A stretch of DNA of 64,000 nt from Eledone cirrhosa (GCA_964016885.1 OZ024740.1:206646001-206710000); one strand, 5' to 3'. Numbered from the stretch's first letter, positions 1-13,689 are shown. Notes: a model not told the origin generated them from the sequence alone. Translations and numbers: made by a program.

Positions 1-143
1 AGTTGTTGGATTACACTAGATGTCTTGTTTGTAGATTAAGTAACTCTTGTTTATAGATTGTATAACAAACTGAGGATTTGGAATAAACAGCATCAGCCTT
101 CAGGCTAAACAACCACAGATTAAAATTGAAAGCAGAATTTAAC
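1..143 (-). other. Candidate exon (5' boundary at 143) of a minus-strand host transcript, running off the window edge
   Basis: Minus strand reads cacttttcatcag|GTTAAATTC, a pyrimidine tract plus CAG acceptor, followed by non-repetitive sequence. No recognisable protein. Confidence 0.25.
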
Positions 144-813
144 CTGATGAAAAGTGTATAATCATTACATATCATATAATCACTCACACATGTATGCACA
201 TAAACATACACACACAGGTTGCCATTAAAACAAGAAGTTTTTTTTTATCAAGAGTACAAATTATTTTTAAAAGGCAATCACTCCAGCTTAATAGGATAAA
301 TCATATACAGTTGAATAACCAGAGTTTTAATTATAAATGTCTATACTTATTAGAACGACAAAATACACTGATTTTATTCATAACTTTTTAAATGAGACAG
401 AGTATGGAAAATGTCCCCGCTAACTCCTGTGAAATTCCATTTGTTCTACCAGAAGGTACTTTATCAGTCGTCCATTCTTATCAAATAAAAATATTACAAA
501 TATTTTCCCATACACATTTGATAACTCAAATTATTATAGTGATAATTCATGTACTAAGATTTAAAAGACCTCCTCCAAAAAATAACAGCTGATTTTTAAA
601 ACCCCTCTTTTTTTATTGAGGCTGAAATGAGAGTATTTTGATTTTAAATCCCCTAAAGAAGTGCACTATCATTGCAATACTTTTGTACACTCCTGAATAG
701 ATAACCTGAGGGAGTTTTTACATGAAGGGTGGAGAATTTTTTTAGTACCAAGGGTGAATTCCAAGTACACAGGAACCTGTTGGACACATATTTGTGCTAA
801 GAAAAATAATGAG

Positions 814-1040
814 CCTTCTTCTTTGCCAACTTATTCCTGGGAGGGTGATGAGGGCAGAGTCCTCCAACACTCCTTCCTGCAGGTCCTGTCAGAAGCAACC
901 ATCTCCAATTGATCTGGCTGGATTCCCAAGTGAGACCAGCTGAGCTCATGGATGTTATCCAACCATCTTGCTCAGGGTCTACTCCTGAGTCCCTTGTTGG
1001 TTGATTTTGCTCATAAAATCTGTTCAGCGATTCTTTCCTA
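814..1040 (-). mobile_element. Degenerate 3' end of an RTE-clade LINE
   Basis: A minus frame gives RSRP*ARWLDNIHELSWSHLGIQPDQLEMVASDRTCRKECWRTLPSSPSQE*, resembling the RTE C-terminal GRP..RW.D.I motif, then a short GAAGAAG tail. Clearly homologous to 32923-33138. Confidence 0.75.
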
Positions 1041-1456
1041 AGATATTCTAATGACATGTTTGTAATATTGGAGCTGTAATCTCTTTACTTTTACAAATCC
1101 AGAGATTTGTAACTTATAGCAAATTACTGGTTTATCTTTCCATAGAAGTTTTTGGAGATTTTATCAGTGGACAATTGAATATTTGAATGTGGGGGAAATT
1201 TTACTGAATACTATTAAGAATAATTTCAGGAATGACTTTAGAGAGTTTTGAAGTACTGATTAAATGGCCCTTTGTGTTCTATCTTACACTGCATCATTGA
1301 CAGAATGAACACTCAATCTACAGAGTTTCTTGTCACACATGTGTTCCCAGACTGGTGAGATTGATGTGGCTGATGTTTAGTTTAAACATGGTGGTTAATT
1401 TTTATAAGAAAAAATGTAGTAGTGGAGGAAGTACTAAGAAAGAGAAAGAGTTAGTG

Positions 1457-1501
<45 letters not shown>

Positions 1502-1504
1502 GAA

Positions 1505-1599
<95 letters not shown>
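1457..1599. repeat. (GA)n microsatellite
   Basis: Direct observation. Confidence 0.98.
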
Positions 1600-1602
<3 letters not shown>

Positions 1603-2019
1603 GTGGGTGGGTGGAAGGTTATAAAGTTGTAAATAGGGAACATTAATAATTGTAGTTGACAGTGGGGTACTGTACATCTGCCTAGCACCTTATTAGTTTG
1701 CAGTATCTGCCTCCCAATGGGTTGGTATAGTTAGTATGTACAAACTTTACTGTATTCCCTCAGTGCACATGGATGTTGCTAGCAATATGTTCTTTTGAAT
1801 CATTATATAACTTATCTATTGCAATATTAGCACTTCCGTTAATGAGAAGCTCATTGATAAAACAAAATATCCTACTAATTTGTCCAACCATCATCACCAT
1901 TCTTTTTAAGTCTGCTTTTTCATGTTGGTATGGGATGGACAAGGTTGTTTGAAGAAGTTTCTCTACAACCAGATACCCTTCCTGATGTCAACACATACAT
2001 TATATGACATATATATACA

Positions 2020-2032
2020 TTATATAATATAG

Positions 2033-2088
<56 letters not shown>

Positions 2089-2176
2089 TACACACATTAT
2101 ATGACGTATATACATTATCACACACACATATATATATATATGTGTCAACATATACATTATATGCCATATATATACA
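2020..2176. repeat. (TA)n/(CA)n compound microsatellite
   Basis: Direct observation. Confidence 0.9.
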
Positions 2177-2455
2177 TCTGATGTTCAATGAACTGCTATG
2201 CTGTGAGACATAAATCAATGTCACCACATACTTTTTATATTAAACATGAAGATGTTCACAGTGACTGATGCATGCATCCTTACAGGAATGTGATCAACTT
2301 TTGGTATTTGATAGATTTTCAGAACATTCTGGGTGGACACTCAAAGGTGGAGGTTTTGAATAAACATTTCACCATAAATATTTTTAAATCTGAGGGTACA
2401 CCATTGAAAAGCAGGGGAACAGTTCCATTCAGTTCATTCCTTACACTTTCCATCA

Positions 2456-2540
2456 GATGGCTACATCTGGAACAGTTAGACTGAAACGGGGATGGCTACA
2501 TCTGGAACAGTTACACTGAAACAAGGATGATTACATTTAA
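2456..2540. repeat. 35-bp tandem duplication (about 2.5 copies)
   Basis: gatggctacatctggaacagtta(g/c)actgaaac at 2456 and 2491, decayed third start at 2526. Confidence 0.85.
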
Positions 2541-2990
2541 ACTACATTGTAATAACATTGCTTATAAGGTAATTAATGTCACTTTCTCTCACTTGTTCAC
2601 AGCTGACAGAAGACTAACAGATTCACACATATTTATGTACATCTTATGTAATTAGAAGCATGAAATTTAATAAGGTATAACATTGATTATTTTCCAGTTG
2701 ATTAACAATCATTATAATGATTGAGAGATTACAATATTATTAATGTATACAAATGACATCCCCTTCTACACAGACATGTCTATAAAGTAGAGTGGAAGTG
2801 AATGAAACTTTGAATTTAATAACTAATTAGCAGCCATCCAAAGATTAAATATACTCATAATTAACTCTTAACATTCTATACCACATGATTCCTTGCTGGC
2901 AGGGAAAGCGGACATTAAAACGATGATGATACTATATTAACAAGGTATCCTTGATAAGTCGAAAACAGCGATAAAACTGCATCGTATTAA

Positions 2991-3199
2991 CCCTTTAGCA
3001 TTTAAACCGGCTGCACCCGGTCAGAATTCTTTCTCATTTTTCAAACCAGCTGTAACCAATATTAAGATATCGTTGTCAAAATAAACAATAACATCATAAA
3101 AATCTTGTAGACTTGAGATGATGTGAGATAATTATGTAAGATAAAGCCTTTACCATGAATTTACAATAGTAAATATAAAGTAATGAAAATACTAAAGGG
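2991..3199 (+). mobile_element. piggyBac-type MITE (~210 bp), copy 1
   Basis: TTAA|CCCTTTAGCATTT ... AAATACTAAAGGG|TTAA: TTAA target duplication, CCC/GGG termini and TIRs. Homologous copies at 9216, 13246 and 30936. Confidence 0.85.
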
Positions 3200-3479
3200 T
3201 TAAAAATTAAAGTCATATACAGCATTTTCACAACATTCTGTCCCCTAGCAAAGATACCATAAAGATTTTGAATTAACAAACCCTATTTTTAGATATTTTC
3301 TGCTAAATCATTACAGGATGTTAAGAGTTAAGATTGTCATTATTCATTTAACAGCAGACTAAGAGGAAAGTAAGAAACCTCAATAGTTTAAATAGTTTTG
3401 GTAGTAAATTGGCAAAGTCATTACAGTGTAAGAAAGACTGCCTTGTAGCATTTCTTCTGAATGAGTGCTTGAGTTGAAA

Positions 3480-3750
3480 ACTTGCTGAAGTCAACATAAC
3501 CTTTCACCCCTTTTGGGGCTCATTATATAACCTTTCACCCCTTCTGGGGCTCATTGACTTTGCCTTTCATCCTTACGGGGGTCGATAAAATAAAGTACCA
3601 GTAATGCACTGGGTAATTGCTGGCCTTGTGCCTAAAGTAGAAACAATTAATTAATGTGCCAGTTAAGGGATGGTGGACTGGCAGAATTATTACAATATTT
3701 GTTCCAGTTGTGTCTTGTGAGTTCAATTCCCACATTCTGTCACGAATTGA
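3480..3750 (+). mobile_element. SINE family A fragments (domain ttgactttgcctttcatccttacggggtcgataaaataaagtaccag)
   Basis: The same domain recurs more than 10 times in the window. Full copies have a tRNA-like head with B box gagttcaaatccc. Confidence 0.8.
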
Positions 3751-3859
3751 GACTAGCAGATAACAACAATGAAAAGAAAAATACTTTCTTTGGTCATATT
3801 TTGAAAAAAAAAAAATCACTTTTTATCATTGGGGGGAGGGGGGGGGGGTAATCATGAGA

Positions 3860-4068
3860 AGTGCAGGTATGGCTAAAGTATTTAAGAAGTTGCTCCAAAA
3901 CCCACAGTTTCAGATTTAATCGCTTTGCATGGAACCTTTCACTAACTCCAGACTGACCAATGCCTTGTGAGTGAATTTGACAGATGGAAACTGTAAAGAA
4001 GCCCATTGTATGTGTTTGTATGTATGTGTATTTGTAAACATTGTCGATATAGCAATTGGCATACAAAC

Positions 4069-4130
<62 letters not shown>
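3860..4130 (+). mobile_element. SINE family B (decayed tRNA-like head; gccttgtgagtgaatttg...ggaaactg.aagaagccc; (TG)n)
   Basis: Homologous to 30400-30550 (+) and 8210-8320, 43830-44112 (-). Confidence 0.65.
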
Positions 4131-4251
4131 ATATGTCAGCTATCATGAACGCCACATTGACACAGTTTACAAAAATCTGCAGTGACAGTTGCTTATATTT
4201 CAAATAAACAATGTTTGACAGATTACGGTTGAACAAACGTTAATGGCATAT

Positions 4252-7126
4252 ATACTTAGGATGGGTTATGGGTTGGTATCAGGAAGGGCATACAGTCATA
4301 TAGCATACTTAGGATGGGTTATGGGTTGGTATACAGTCATATAGCATACTTAGGATGGGTTATGGGTTGGTATACAGTCATATAGCATACTTAGAATGGG
4401 TTATGGGTTGGTATCAGGAAGGGCATACAGTCATATAGCATACTTAGGATGGGTTATGGGTTGGTATACAGTCATATAGCATACTTAGAATGGGTTATGG
4501 GTTGGTATGAGGAAGGGCATACAGTCATATAGCATACTTAGGATGGGTTATGGGTTGGTATGAGGAAGGGCATACAGTCATATAGCATACTTAGGATGGG
4601 TTATGGGTTGGTATCAGGAAGGGCATACAGTCATATAGCATACTTAGAATGGGTTATGGGTTGGTATGAGGAAGGGCATACAGTCATATAGCATACTTAG
4701 GATGGGTTATGGGTTGGTATCAGGAAGGGCATACAGTCATATAGCATACTTAGAATGGGTTATGGGTTGGTATGAGGAAGGGCATACAGTCATATAGCAT
4801 ACTTAGGATGGGTTATGGGTTGGTATCAGGAAGGGCATACAGTCATATAGCATACTTAGAATGGGTTATGGGTTGGTATGAGGAAGGGCATACAGTCATA
4901 TAGCATACTTAGGATGGGTTATGGGTTGGTATGAGGAAGGGCATACAGTCATATAGCATACTTAGGATGGGTTATGGGTTGGTATCAGGAAGGGCATACA
5001 GTCATATAGCATACTTAGAATGGGTTATGGGTTGGTATCAGGAAGGGCATACAGTCATATAGCATACTTAGAATGGGTTATGGGTTGGTATCAGGAAGGG
5101 CATACAGTTATATAGCATACTTAGAATGGGTTATGGGTTGGTATGAGGAAGGGCATACAGTCATATAGCATACTTAGAATGGGTTATGGGTTGGTATGAG
5201 GAAGAGCATACAGTCATATAGCATACTTAGAATGGGTTATGGGTTGGTATCAGGAAGAGCATACAGTCATATAGCATACTTAGAATGGGTTATGGGTTGG
5301 TATCAGGAAGGGCATACAGTCATATAGCATACTTAGAATGGGTTATGGGTTGGTATGAGGAAGAGCATACAGTCATATAGCATACTTAGAATGGGTTATG
5401 GGTTGGTATGAGGAAGAGCATACAGTCATATAGCATACTTAGAATGGGTTATGGGTTGGTATCAGGAAGGGCATACAGTCATATAGCATACTTAGAATGG
5501 GTTATGGGTTGGTATGAGGAAGGGCATACAGTCATATAGCATACTTAGGATGGGTTATGGGTTGGTATCAGGAAGGGCATACAGTCATATAGCATACTTA
5601 GAATGGGTTATGGGTTGGTATCAGGAAGAGCATACAGTCATATAGCATACTTAGAATGGGTTATGGGTTGGTATCAGGAAGGGCATACAGTCATATAGCA
5701 TACTTAGAATGGGTTATGGGTTGGTATGAGGAAGAGCATACAGTCATATAGCATACTTAGGATGGGTTATGGGTTGGTATCAGGAAGGGCATACAGTCAT
5801 ATAGCATACTTAGGATGGGTTATGGGTTGGTATCAGGAAGGGCATACAGTCATATAGCATACTTAGAATGGGTTATGGGTTGGTATGAGGAAGGGCATAC
5901 AGTCATATAGCATACTTAGGATGGGTTATGGGTTGGTATCAGGAAGGGCATACAGTCATATAGCATACTTAGAATGGGTTATGGGTTGGTATGAGGAAGG
6001 GCATACAGTCATATAGCATACTTAGGATGGGTTATGGGTTGGTATCAGGAAGAGCATACAGTCATATAGCATACTTAGAATGGGTTATGGGTTGGTATGA
6101 GGAAGGGCATACAGTCATATAGCATACTTAGGATGGGTTATGGGTTGGTATCAGGAAGGGCATACAGTCATATAGCATACTTAGAATGGGTTATGGGTTG
6201 GTATCAGGAAGGGCATACAGTCATATAGCATACTTAGAATGGGTTATGGGTTGGTATGAGGAAGGGCATACAGTTATATAGCATACTTAGAATGGGTTAT
6301 GGGTTGGTATGAGGAAGGGCATACAGTCATATAGCATACTTAGAATGGGTTATGGGTTGGTATCAGGAAGGGCATACAGTCATATAGCATACTTAGAATG
6401 GGTTATGGGTTGGTATGAGGAAGGGCATACAGTCATATAGCATACTTAGGATGGGTTATGGGTTGGTATCAGGAAGGGCATACAGTCATATAGCATACTT
6501 AGAATGGGTTATGGGTTGGTATGAGGAAGAGCATACAGTCATATAGCATACTTAGAATGGGTTATGGGTTGGTATGAGGAAGGGCATACAGTCATATAGC
6601 ATACTTAGAATGGGTTATGGGTTGGTATGAGGAAGAGCATACAGTCATATAGCATACTTAGAATGGGTTATGGGTTGGTATGAGGAAGGGCATACAGTCA
6701 TATAGCATACTTAGAATGGGTTATGGGTTGGTATCAGGAAGGGCATACAGTCATATAGCATACTTAGAATGGGTTATGGGTTGGTATGAGGAAGAGCATA
6801 CAGTCATATAGCATACTTAGGATGGGTTATGGGTTGGTATGAGGAAGGGCATACAGTCATATAGCATACTTAGAATGGGTTATGGGTTGGTATGAGGAAG
6901 AGCATAGTCATATAGCATACTTAGAATGGGTTATGGGTTGGTATGAGGAAGGGCATACAGTCATATAGCATACTTAGGATGGGTTATGGGTTGGTATGAG
7001 GAAGGGCATACAGTCATATAGCATACTTAGGATGGGTTATGGGTTGGTATGAGGAAGGGCATACAGTCATATAGCATACTTAGAATGGGTTATGGGTTGG
7101 TATGAGGAAGAGCATACAGTCATATA
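4252..7126. repeat. 53-bp minisatellite, about 54 copies (gcatacttagRatgggttatgggttggtatSaggaagRgcatacagtcatata)
   Basis: Period 53 measured (4691 vs 4744). A few early units carry a 13-bp deletion. Three recurrent binary variant sites. Confidence 0.98.
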
Positions 7127-7215
7127 AAAAATAAAAAAACCTGCTCGGAAAAAACTTTCATCCAGCCCATACAAGCATATAAAAATGATAATGATGATGA
7201 TGATGATGATGATGA
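7127..7215 (+). mobile_element. RTE-type SINE/LINE 3' tail (tccagcccatacaagcat...(GAT)n) continuing directly from the last satellite unit
   Basis: Matches tails at 13830-13870, 18365-18405, 19295-19350 and 19425-19470. Confidence 0.6.
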
Positions 7216-7342
7216 GGAAGAGGAAGAGGAAGAATTGCTACTTTGTCAAATCCAGAGAGGAAACAGTAAATCCTGTAAATGTTAGGTGTGGAATAAATCT
7301 TGAAACATAAAACTTAGTTTATTGTTTGATGCACTGTAACAT

Positions 7343-7500
7343 AATTATTTCTACTTTTGGCACAAGGCCAGCAATTTCCCCAGTACATTACTGGTACTTT
7401 ATTTTATCGACCCCGCAAGGATGAAAAGCAAAGAACATCAACATCAACAATAATTGTTTCTACTTTAGGCACAAGGCCAGCAGTTTGAAAGGGTCGATTC
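7343..7500 (-). mobile_element. SINE family A fragments, reverse orientation
   Basis: tttctactttaggcacaaggccagc...ctggtacttttattttatcgacccc.caaggatgaaa is the reverse complement of family A. Confidence 0.75.
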
Positions 7501-9215
7501 TTCCTCTCTCTGGAAGAAATCTGCTGTGGTCAGGCCTGGAGAGGGATGGGCTCCGCCAGGCTTAAAATGCCCGAGAAACACCATATGTTAATACGGCGGC
7601 CCTACGACTCCCAGGAGTTACGGGACCATACATCATTATCCTCATCATTTTACATCCATTTTTCCCTGCTGGCATGTGTTGGGTGGGCCATTACAGACCA
7701 AATCAACACTTACTAGCTTTATTTGGAAACTACATCTTACTCAATAAATTCAATACATTTTTTTTTTGTATGATTTGCATCTCTATGAATTAATCCAATC
7801 AAATCAAAGAATTTAATCCTTGACAAGGACCACAGTTACGAACCATGTCTATACTTAAGGCAATCTTCGTGGAGAATCTAGGATACAGCTATACGTAGTG
7901 ATACATCCTTTCTAATGTAAAGTAGTAGAGGCAATGTGTCAATTGTTAGTGACATTGAAAGGAAATGGACTTGATGTGTGTGTGTGTCTAAAATAGATAA
8001 TACCAGTATGATGACTAACGTATACTTTTCTAACATAGCTGGTGCTAGAGTAGAAAAATGAAGTTTTCCTAAACCTGCTTGGGCATCTGTGACCCATTTT
8101 TGATTCTCTATTTCACTTACTGTATAATCACATTCTGGGTCAATCACTAGTTCACTGAACGTATATTGAAATACACCCACACAATCATAGCAAGAGCATG
8201 GGGTGTTTGACTGGCAGAGTTTTTACTTGCCAAATCCACTCACAAATTAAACCCAAGTTTATGGTAGAATACACAATGTGTTGGCAAAGCAAACTTGTTA
8301 AGCACACAAACCATACCTACTTTAGGAAAGAGGCTGTAATGACATCTCATGATATGACTCTGAAAAACCAGAGTCCCTTGTCTTTATTATCATTTCATCA
8401 TTTCCGTTTAGCGTCAATTCTTCCATGCCTGCATGGGTTAGACAGGTTGTCCATGCCGGGAAACAAGTCTGGCCATGGTTGGTCATGTTGCACCTTGATC
8501 CGGCGAGGATTATAAATTTGGTCAAGGGCCCTTCCTAACACCAACCACATTTACAGTGTGGAACTGGATGGCACCGTTATGAGGAGGGACAGGCCAGTTG
8601 ACTGTGCCGATGCCGTCCCACAATGAGAGATTAATTATTAATCAATGCATCTGAGGAGGAGATAAGTTCAAACCCTGTTTGGGACATTGTATTGAGTCCT
8701 TCCAGAAACAAAACATATTTTCTCCAGTTCTTACAGCTCTGCTAAAATGTAACTAACAGTACAGCTGGGACAAACAACAGTCGAGATTAGAATCTATTTA
8801 TAAATTTGAGTTGACTTCTGTCCATCCGTCGCACAATGTGTGCATGTTTGTATGAATGTATGTGTGTGTAAAAGAAAGGAAGGGGGTGGTGAAAAAACTA
8901 TAGCAAAACAGCGGTTGGTGTTTGCTATGCTGTGTGTGTGTATGTTTGTTGAATGTATGTCTCTGAGTATTTTTGTGTGTCTGTGTTTGCGTGTTTATAT
9001 TTATATACTCATACATATAAATGTATGCATACACACATATACACATATGCATCAGCCTGTTGACAAAATCCTAGTACTATTAAAAGGGAGTTATAATTTT
9101 ATCTATATCATTTACTAACTAGTGCAATATATAGTCATTAACAGTCAATAAGTAATCAGTGTTACTGACATGTAGATATGGAAGCACTATCTCCATCATT
9201 CAAGGCCTTACTTAA

Positions 9216-9430
9216 CCATTTTGCATTTAAACCAGCCATATCCGGCCAGAATTCTCTGACCTCCTGTTCAAACTGGCTGTAACTGGCCACTCCTACTGAC
9301 GTTAAAAGATACTGTTCTCAAAATAAATAACATCAAAATCTCAGATTCGATATTATGTGAGATAATTATGTTAGGTAAAGCCTTTACCATGAAAATATAG
9401 TAAATATAGAGTAATGTAACTGCTAAAGGG
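9216..9430 (+). mobile_element. piggyBac-type MITE, copy 2
   Basis: TTAA|CCATTTTGCATTT ... TGCTAAAGGG|TTAA, with internal homology to copy 1. Confidence 0.85.
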
Positions 9431-9679
9431 TTAAGGGTAGTGTTGACATAGATGTAGCAATAATATTACTATGAGGTATGTTATTTCATAATGTGATGCG
9501 ACAGAGGACTACATAGGCTTATGAGGCTCCAGGGATTATATGTATGCAATGTGTTTATGTTTTAAAAATGAGATAAGTAAAAGGAGCAATTGGAGAAAAG
9601 AAAACGAACAGTTTATACTGGTGGTTATGGAAAACTACACAACAGTATGACCTGATTTATTATGTAACTGCAAGACATA

Positions 9680-10170
9680 TTACAACAACAATAGCAGCAT
9701 CAACAACCACCCCCATAACCACCACTACAACAGCAGCAACAACCATTACCACCACCACTGCAACAACAATCATCATCATCACCACCACAACAACGACGAC
9801 AGCAACCACCACCACCACTACAACAACAACCATCATCACCACCACTACAACAACAACAGCAACAACCATCACCACTACTACAACAGCAGCAACAACCATC
9901 ACCACCACAACAGCACCACCACCACAACAACAACCACCACCACCACAACAGTAATAACAACTGCAACCATCATAACAACAGAAGCAACCCACCACCACAA
10001 TAACAACAACACCAGCAGCAACCACCACCACCATCACAACAACTACAATCACCATAAGAGAAGCAATCCACAACAAACCAACTGCAGCAACAGCAATAGC
10101 AGCAGCAACTCACCACCACGACCACAATAACAATAGCAAAAGCCCAATCTCCCATCACCACCCCAACATG
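9680..10170. repeat. (CAA/CAC/CAG)n low-complexity tract
   Basis: Direct observation. Confidence 0.9.
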
Positions 10171-10438
10171 TAGCCTGGTTAGCCACATGTGCGTTCTTAG
10201 AGAACCAAGCTATTCCTCTTTGTCAAAAATCAATGGAACAAGAGGGAATAAAGATGGTTGGAATGACTGTGTTATAATTAGATCAATTGAAATGGTGTGA
10301 CTTGATGTTTTCAATCAGATTTATCATGCAGCACCATATATGAAGATGCTTAAATATTTAATGAAGATCTTAAGTAAATAATTATACAAATTACTGAAAT
10401 ACGTAGAGGGTTTTAGCAATAATATATATATATATAAT

Positions 10439-10555
10439 AATTGTTTTTACTTTTGGCACAAGGCCAGCAATTACTCCAGTACATTACTGGTGCTTTATTT
10501 TATCAACTCCGTAAGGATGAAAGGCGAAGTTAACCTCGGTGGGATTTGAACTGTA
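10439..10555 (-). mobile_element. SINE family A, reverse orientation
   Basis: Reverse complement of the family A domain, ending in gggatttgaac (B box). Confidence 0.75.
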
Positions 10556-10847
10556 AATTTTACTCATTTACTAGGTGTTCTTTTAGCTCAATGCAATGAT
10601 AGGATCATGCAGAGCTGTTATATAAACAACCTGTAACTATATATATACACACACACATATTTGTAGATTATTTTAATATATTTTAAATATATTTTTATAG
10701 ATTTTTGTTATGGTTTTTCGTGTTTACATGCAGTTTTCCATGCCAGCAAGGGTAGGATGCTTTTTTGTTGTTGTTGGAACAATTACTTAGAGTGCTACTG
10801 ATAACATGGAATCTAATACAATCTGTTTTTATCAATGACTGAACTGG

Positions 10848-11018
10848 CACCCTTACCAGGGTAACCTAGTAATGAGGTTTGCTAGGAACCCTCCTTACTA
10901 GAGCAACCTGGAAAGGAGAGTTGCGACAAACCCTACTAACTAGGATTACCTAAAAAAGGAGGGTTGCTAGAAACCCTCCTTACTAAGGTAACCTGGTAAA
11001 GAGAGTTGCTAGAAACCC
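10848..11018. repeat. 42-43-bp tandem repeat (about 4 copies) with palindromic units
   Basis: gtaacc-like starts at 10861, 10903, 10945 and 10988. The core aaggagggttgctagaaaccctcctt is self-complementary. Confidence 0.8.
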
Positions 11019-12529
11019 AAACCCAGCAGAATAACAACAAAACCTGTCAAAAGGTTAGATGAACCCAGCATAGAGTCAACGACTATATAACAATAAAATG
11101 TGGGGACATAAATATTTGAGATGGTGAATACGCTGTAAGACCAGTTTGGAAGTGACGGGGCCCCTAGTTTTTTTTTAAACATCTGTCTAGAAGAGAAGTA
11201 GATAGGGGTCTATCTGCACTAGCCTACTTGCTTAGTGGTGGAGTCCAGGAGGACAAAAGCTAGGGGGATACATCTTGAGAGAAAATGAAGCTGTGGCTGT
11301 CACATTTAAGGCCGTTACTGACAGATTGAATTTCCTGCAGTTAGGTGGAGGTACCATTTGCCTTGGGTTAACTTTGTCACTTGATCTATCTCCTTCACGG
11401 CAAATATAGTGACACAGAAAAATGTAATCTCCTAACAGCACTATATAGCTTCATTGCACAGGTGTCTTTTCTTGGTCATTAATGATGCTATGATCAGGGT
11501 ATTATGTACATTTGTGACAATCAAATACTGACACTGCCACCAAATTTATTACCTTTTCATGTGAAATAAAACAAGAATCTAAAAAGAAGACATGTCAACT
11601 ATTATTGTAAGGTTTTAAAAAGTTATTCCGTCTAACACAGACAATTTTTAGAAGTTGGTCGACACATTCCTTTTGACGTAAACCAATCTTAGATTTCAAC
11701 ACATTCTAGAATACTTTCTTGGTAGATACTCACTCTTGGTTCAAATCAAAATAAATAAATATTTTTACTCACAGGATTGAAGCAAATAGTTATAAGAAAT
11801 ATGGTTTTGTAATCAGATATATTGTTCTGGAATTTTACAAGATGTAATCTGAATCCTTTCCCCTCTATAACGAAATATCAAAATGATTTGAATGAAAGTC
11901 AATTTAAAGTTAATTTAGTCAAGACCAAATATTGTACACAGAATGGACAGCAAATGGGTTGTAGAAATAAAATGGCTGTGTGAAATAAAACTAATTACTC
12001 TGTCTTTCAAACAACCATTAGATGATGAAAAGTAAGTTAAATAACATAGTAAGAACATTAAGTATAGATGCTAGCATTTATCAAATACAATATTGAATCA
12101 AAATAAGAGACATCAACTGGTGTAACTTTTATATTATAGAATCCATGTAATATGTGGTCTTTACTGCACTGGCAATAAAAAACAGGTTCTACTCAGTTAT
12201 TTAAACATTAATTCTTTCATGAGTAGAGGCAATAGCTACGACATAATTTCAAGGTTTCTGTAACTATCTGACATTCAATATTGGCAGGGCAGTACATATA
12301 ATCTTTATGAGGATCTCAGTACTTGTGAGGAGAAAGAGATGAAGAAATCATGCATCAAGGATTATCCTAATGACCTGAGACTTGATCCAAATGATTGTGA
12401 CAGAGTGGACCCTCCTAAAGACACTGGAGGGCTATACAGTGGCCTTAAAGTGAGTAGCAGCAGAATATGTTTACTGCCTATAAACAGGTACAGGTGCAGG
12501 TTGATGAATGATACATAGAGTGGCTGGAT

Positions 12530-12830
12530 ACAAGCCTGGCCGATATGATTTGGAGGACAGGATGTTACCCATGCAGCATGTACCCTCTCTCCACAATACT
12601 GTTCGATCCAAAGGAACAGCGAGGCTGTTACAGTTTGGCAGCAGGGCCTGCCAGAATGAAGTTGTAATTAATGATGAACTACCTTAGGGGCTCTGACTCT
12701 GGATTTTTCCACAAGGTTTACTCCTGAAGCCTTCCCATGACTGGATATCACTGCAAAGCAATGGAGGTTTGGATTCAGAGTTTTCCTTCTCCTAGATGGA
12801 CTACCTGCCTCCATTTGGCAGGCAGTACTG
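12530..12830 (-). mobile_element. Probable 5' region of an RTE-clade LINE
   Basis: The motif tcagagttttccttctcctaga is shared with ~21409. Resemblance to RTE 5' UTRs is from recall, not a search. Confidence 0.45.
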
Positions 12831-13245
12831 GGTTACATGGCAGTCAGTAGCAGGAAAATCCAGATATGTACATGCTAATGGATGGCTGTTGACTCTCACG
12901 AGTTCCTCCACCCTTTACAGGTTTTCTTTTTCACCCTGCAGGATGTCTAATAATCACTCTCCATGTATCTAATTTCACTCCCAAGGTATTGAACGACCTG
13001 AAACCCAGAACCATGTGATGGCAAAGCCCTTTTAAAGAGCAGTCACAAAATTCAAGACAATAATCCTTGTTATGATAAAAGTATGTTGTTTTTATACATA
13101 ACCTTGAATGAATCAACTGTGCCCTACTCCATCTACAATTTTGGGCCTTGAGTTAATGTGAGAAACCCCTATATATTTTAAAGGAGGAGGTGGAGTGATA
13201 TAGTACAATGCAGGATTAAAAACTTTGAATATGTTCTACGTTTAA

Positions 13246-13453
13246 CCCTTTAGCATTTAAACCAGCTGTATCCAGCTAGAATTTCCTCACCTCTTTCTGT
13301 TTAAACCAGCTGTAACCGGCCGCTCATACTGATGTTAAGGTATTGTTCTCAAAATAAATGACATCAAAATCTCATAGATTCGATATTATGTGAGATAAAG
13401 TGTTTACCACAAAAATATAACAGTAAATATAGAGTAATGTAAATGCTAAAGGG
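13246..13453 (+). mobile_element. piggyBac-type MITE, copy 3
   Basis: TTAA|CCCTTTAGCATTT ... AAATGCTAAAGGG|TTAA, with perfect 13-bp TIRs. Confidence 0.9.
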
Positions 13454-13689
13454 TTAAAGAAGTACCAGTGATGTATTAAGGTTACTCTGTCATCTGTCCC
13501 CTTCATTCCACCACCACCACCAAATATATTTATGACCTTTTATCATAATAAAAACTCAATATCTAATATAAATAATACACACTAACATTACATATCTATT
13601 GGATGTATAATGTTATAGTTCATGACTGACAAAGCACAGATGAGTTGAAAGAAAACTCTGCACTTGTATGAACACACAATACATATGAA

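Noticed and set aside
797-1057. 86-aa ATG-initiated ORF that looks like a real small protein
   Set aside because: It is an off-frame reading of an RTE LINE 3' end, with a homologue at 32923-33138.
4252-7126. Interstitial telomeric repeat (ttagga/tatggg resemble TTAGGG)
   Set aside because: No true TTAGGG runs. The unit is better explained by a SINE-domain origin.
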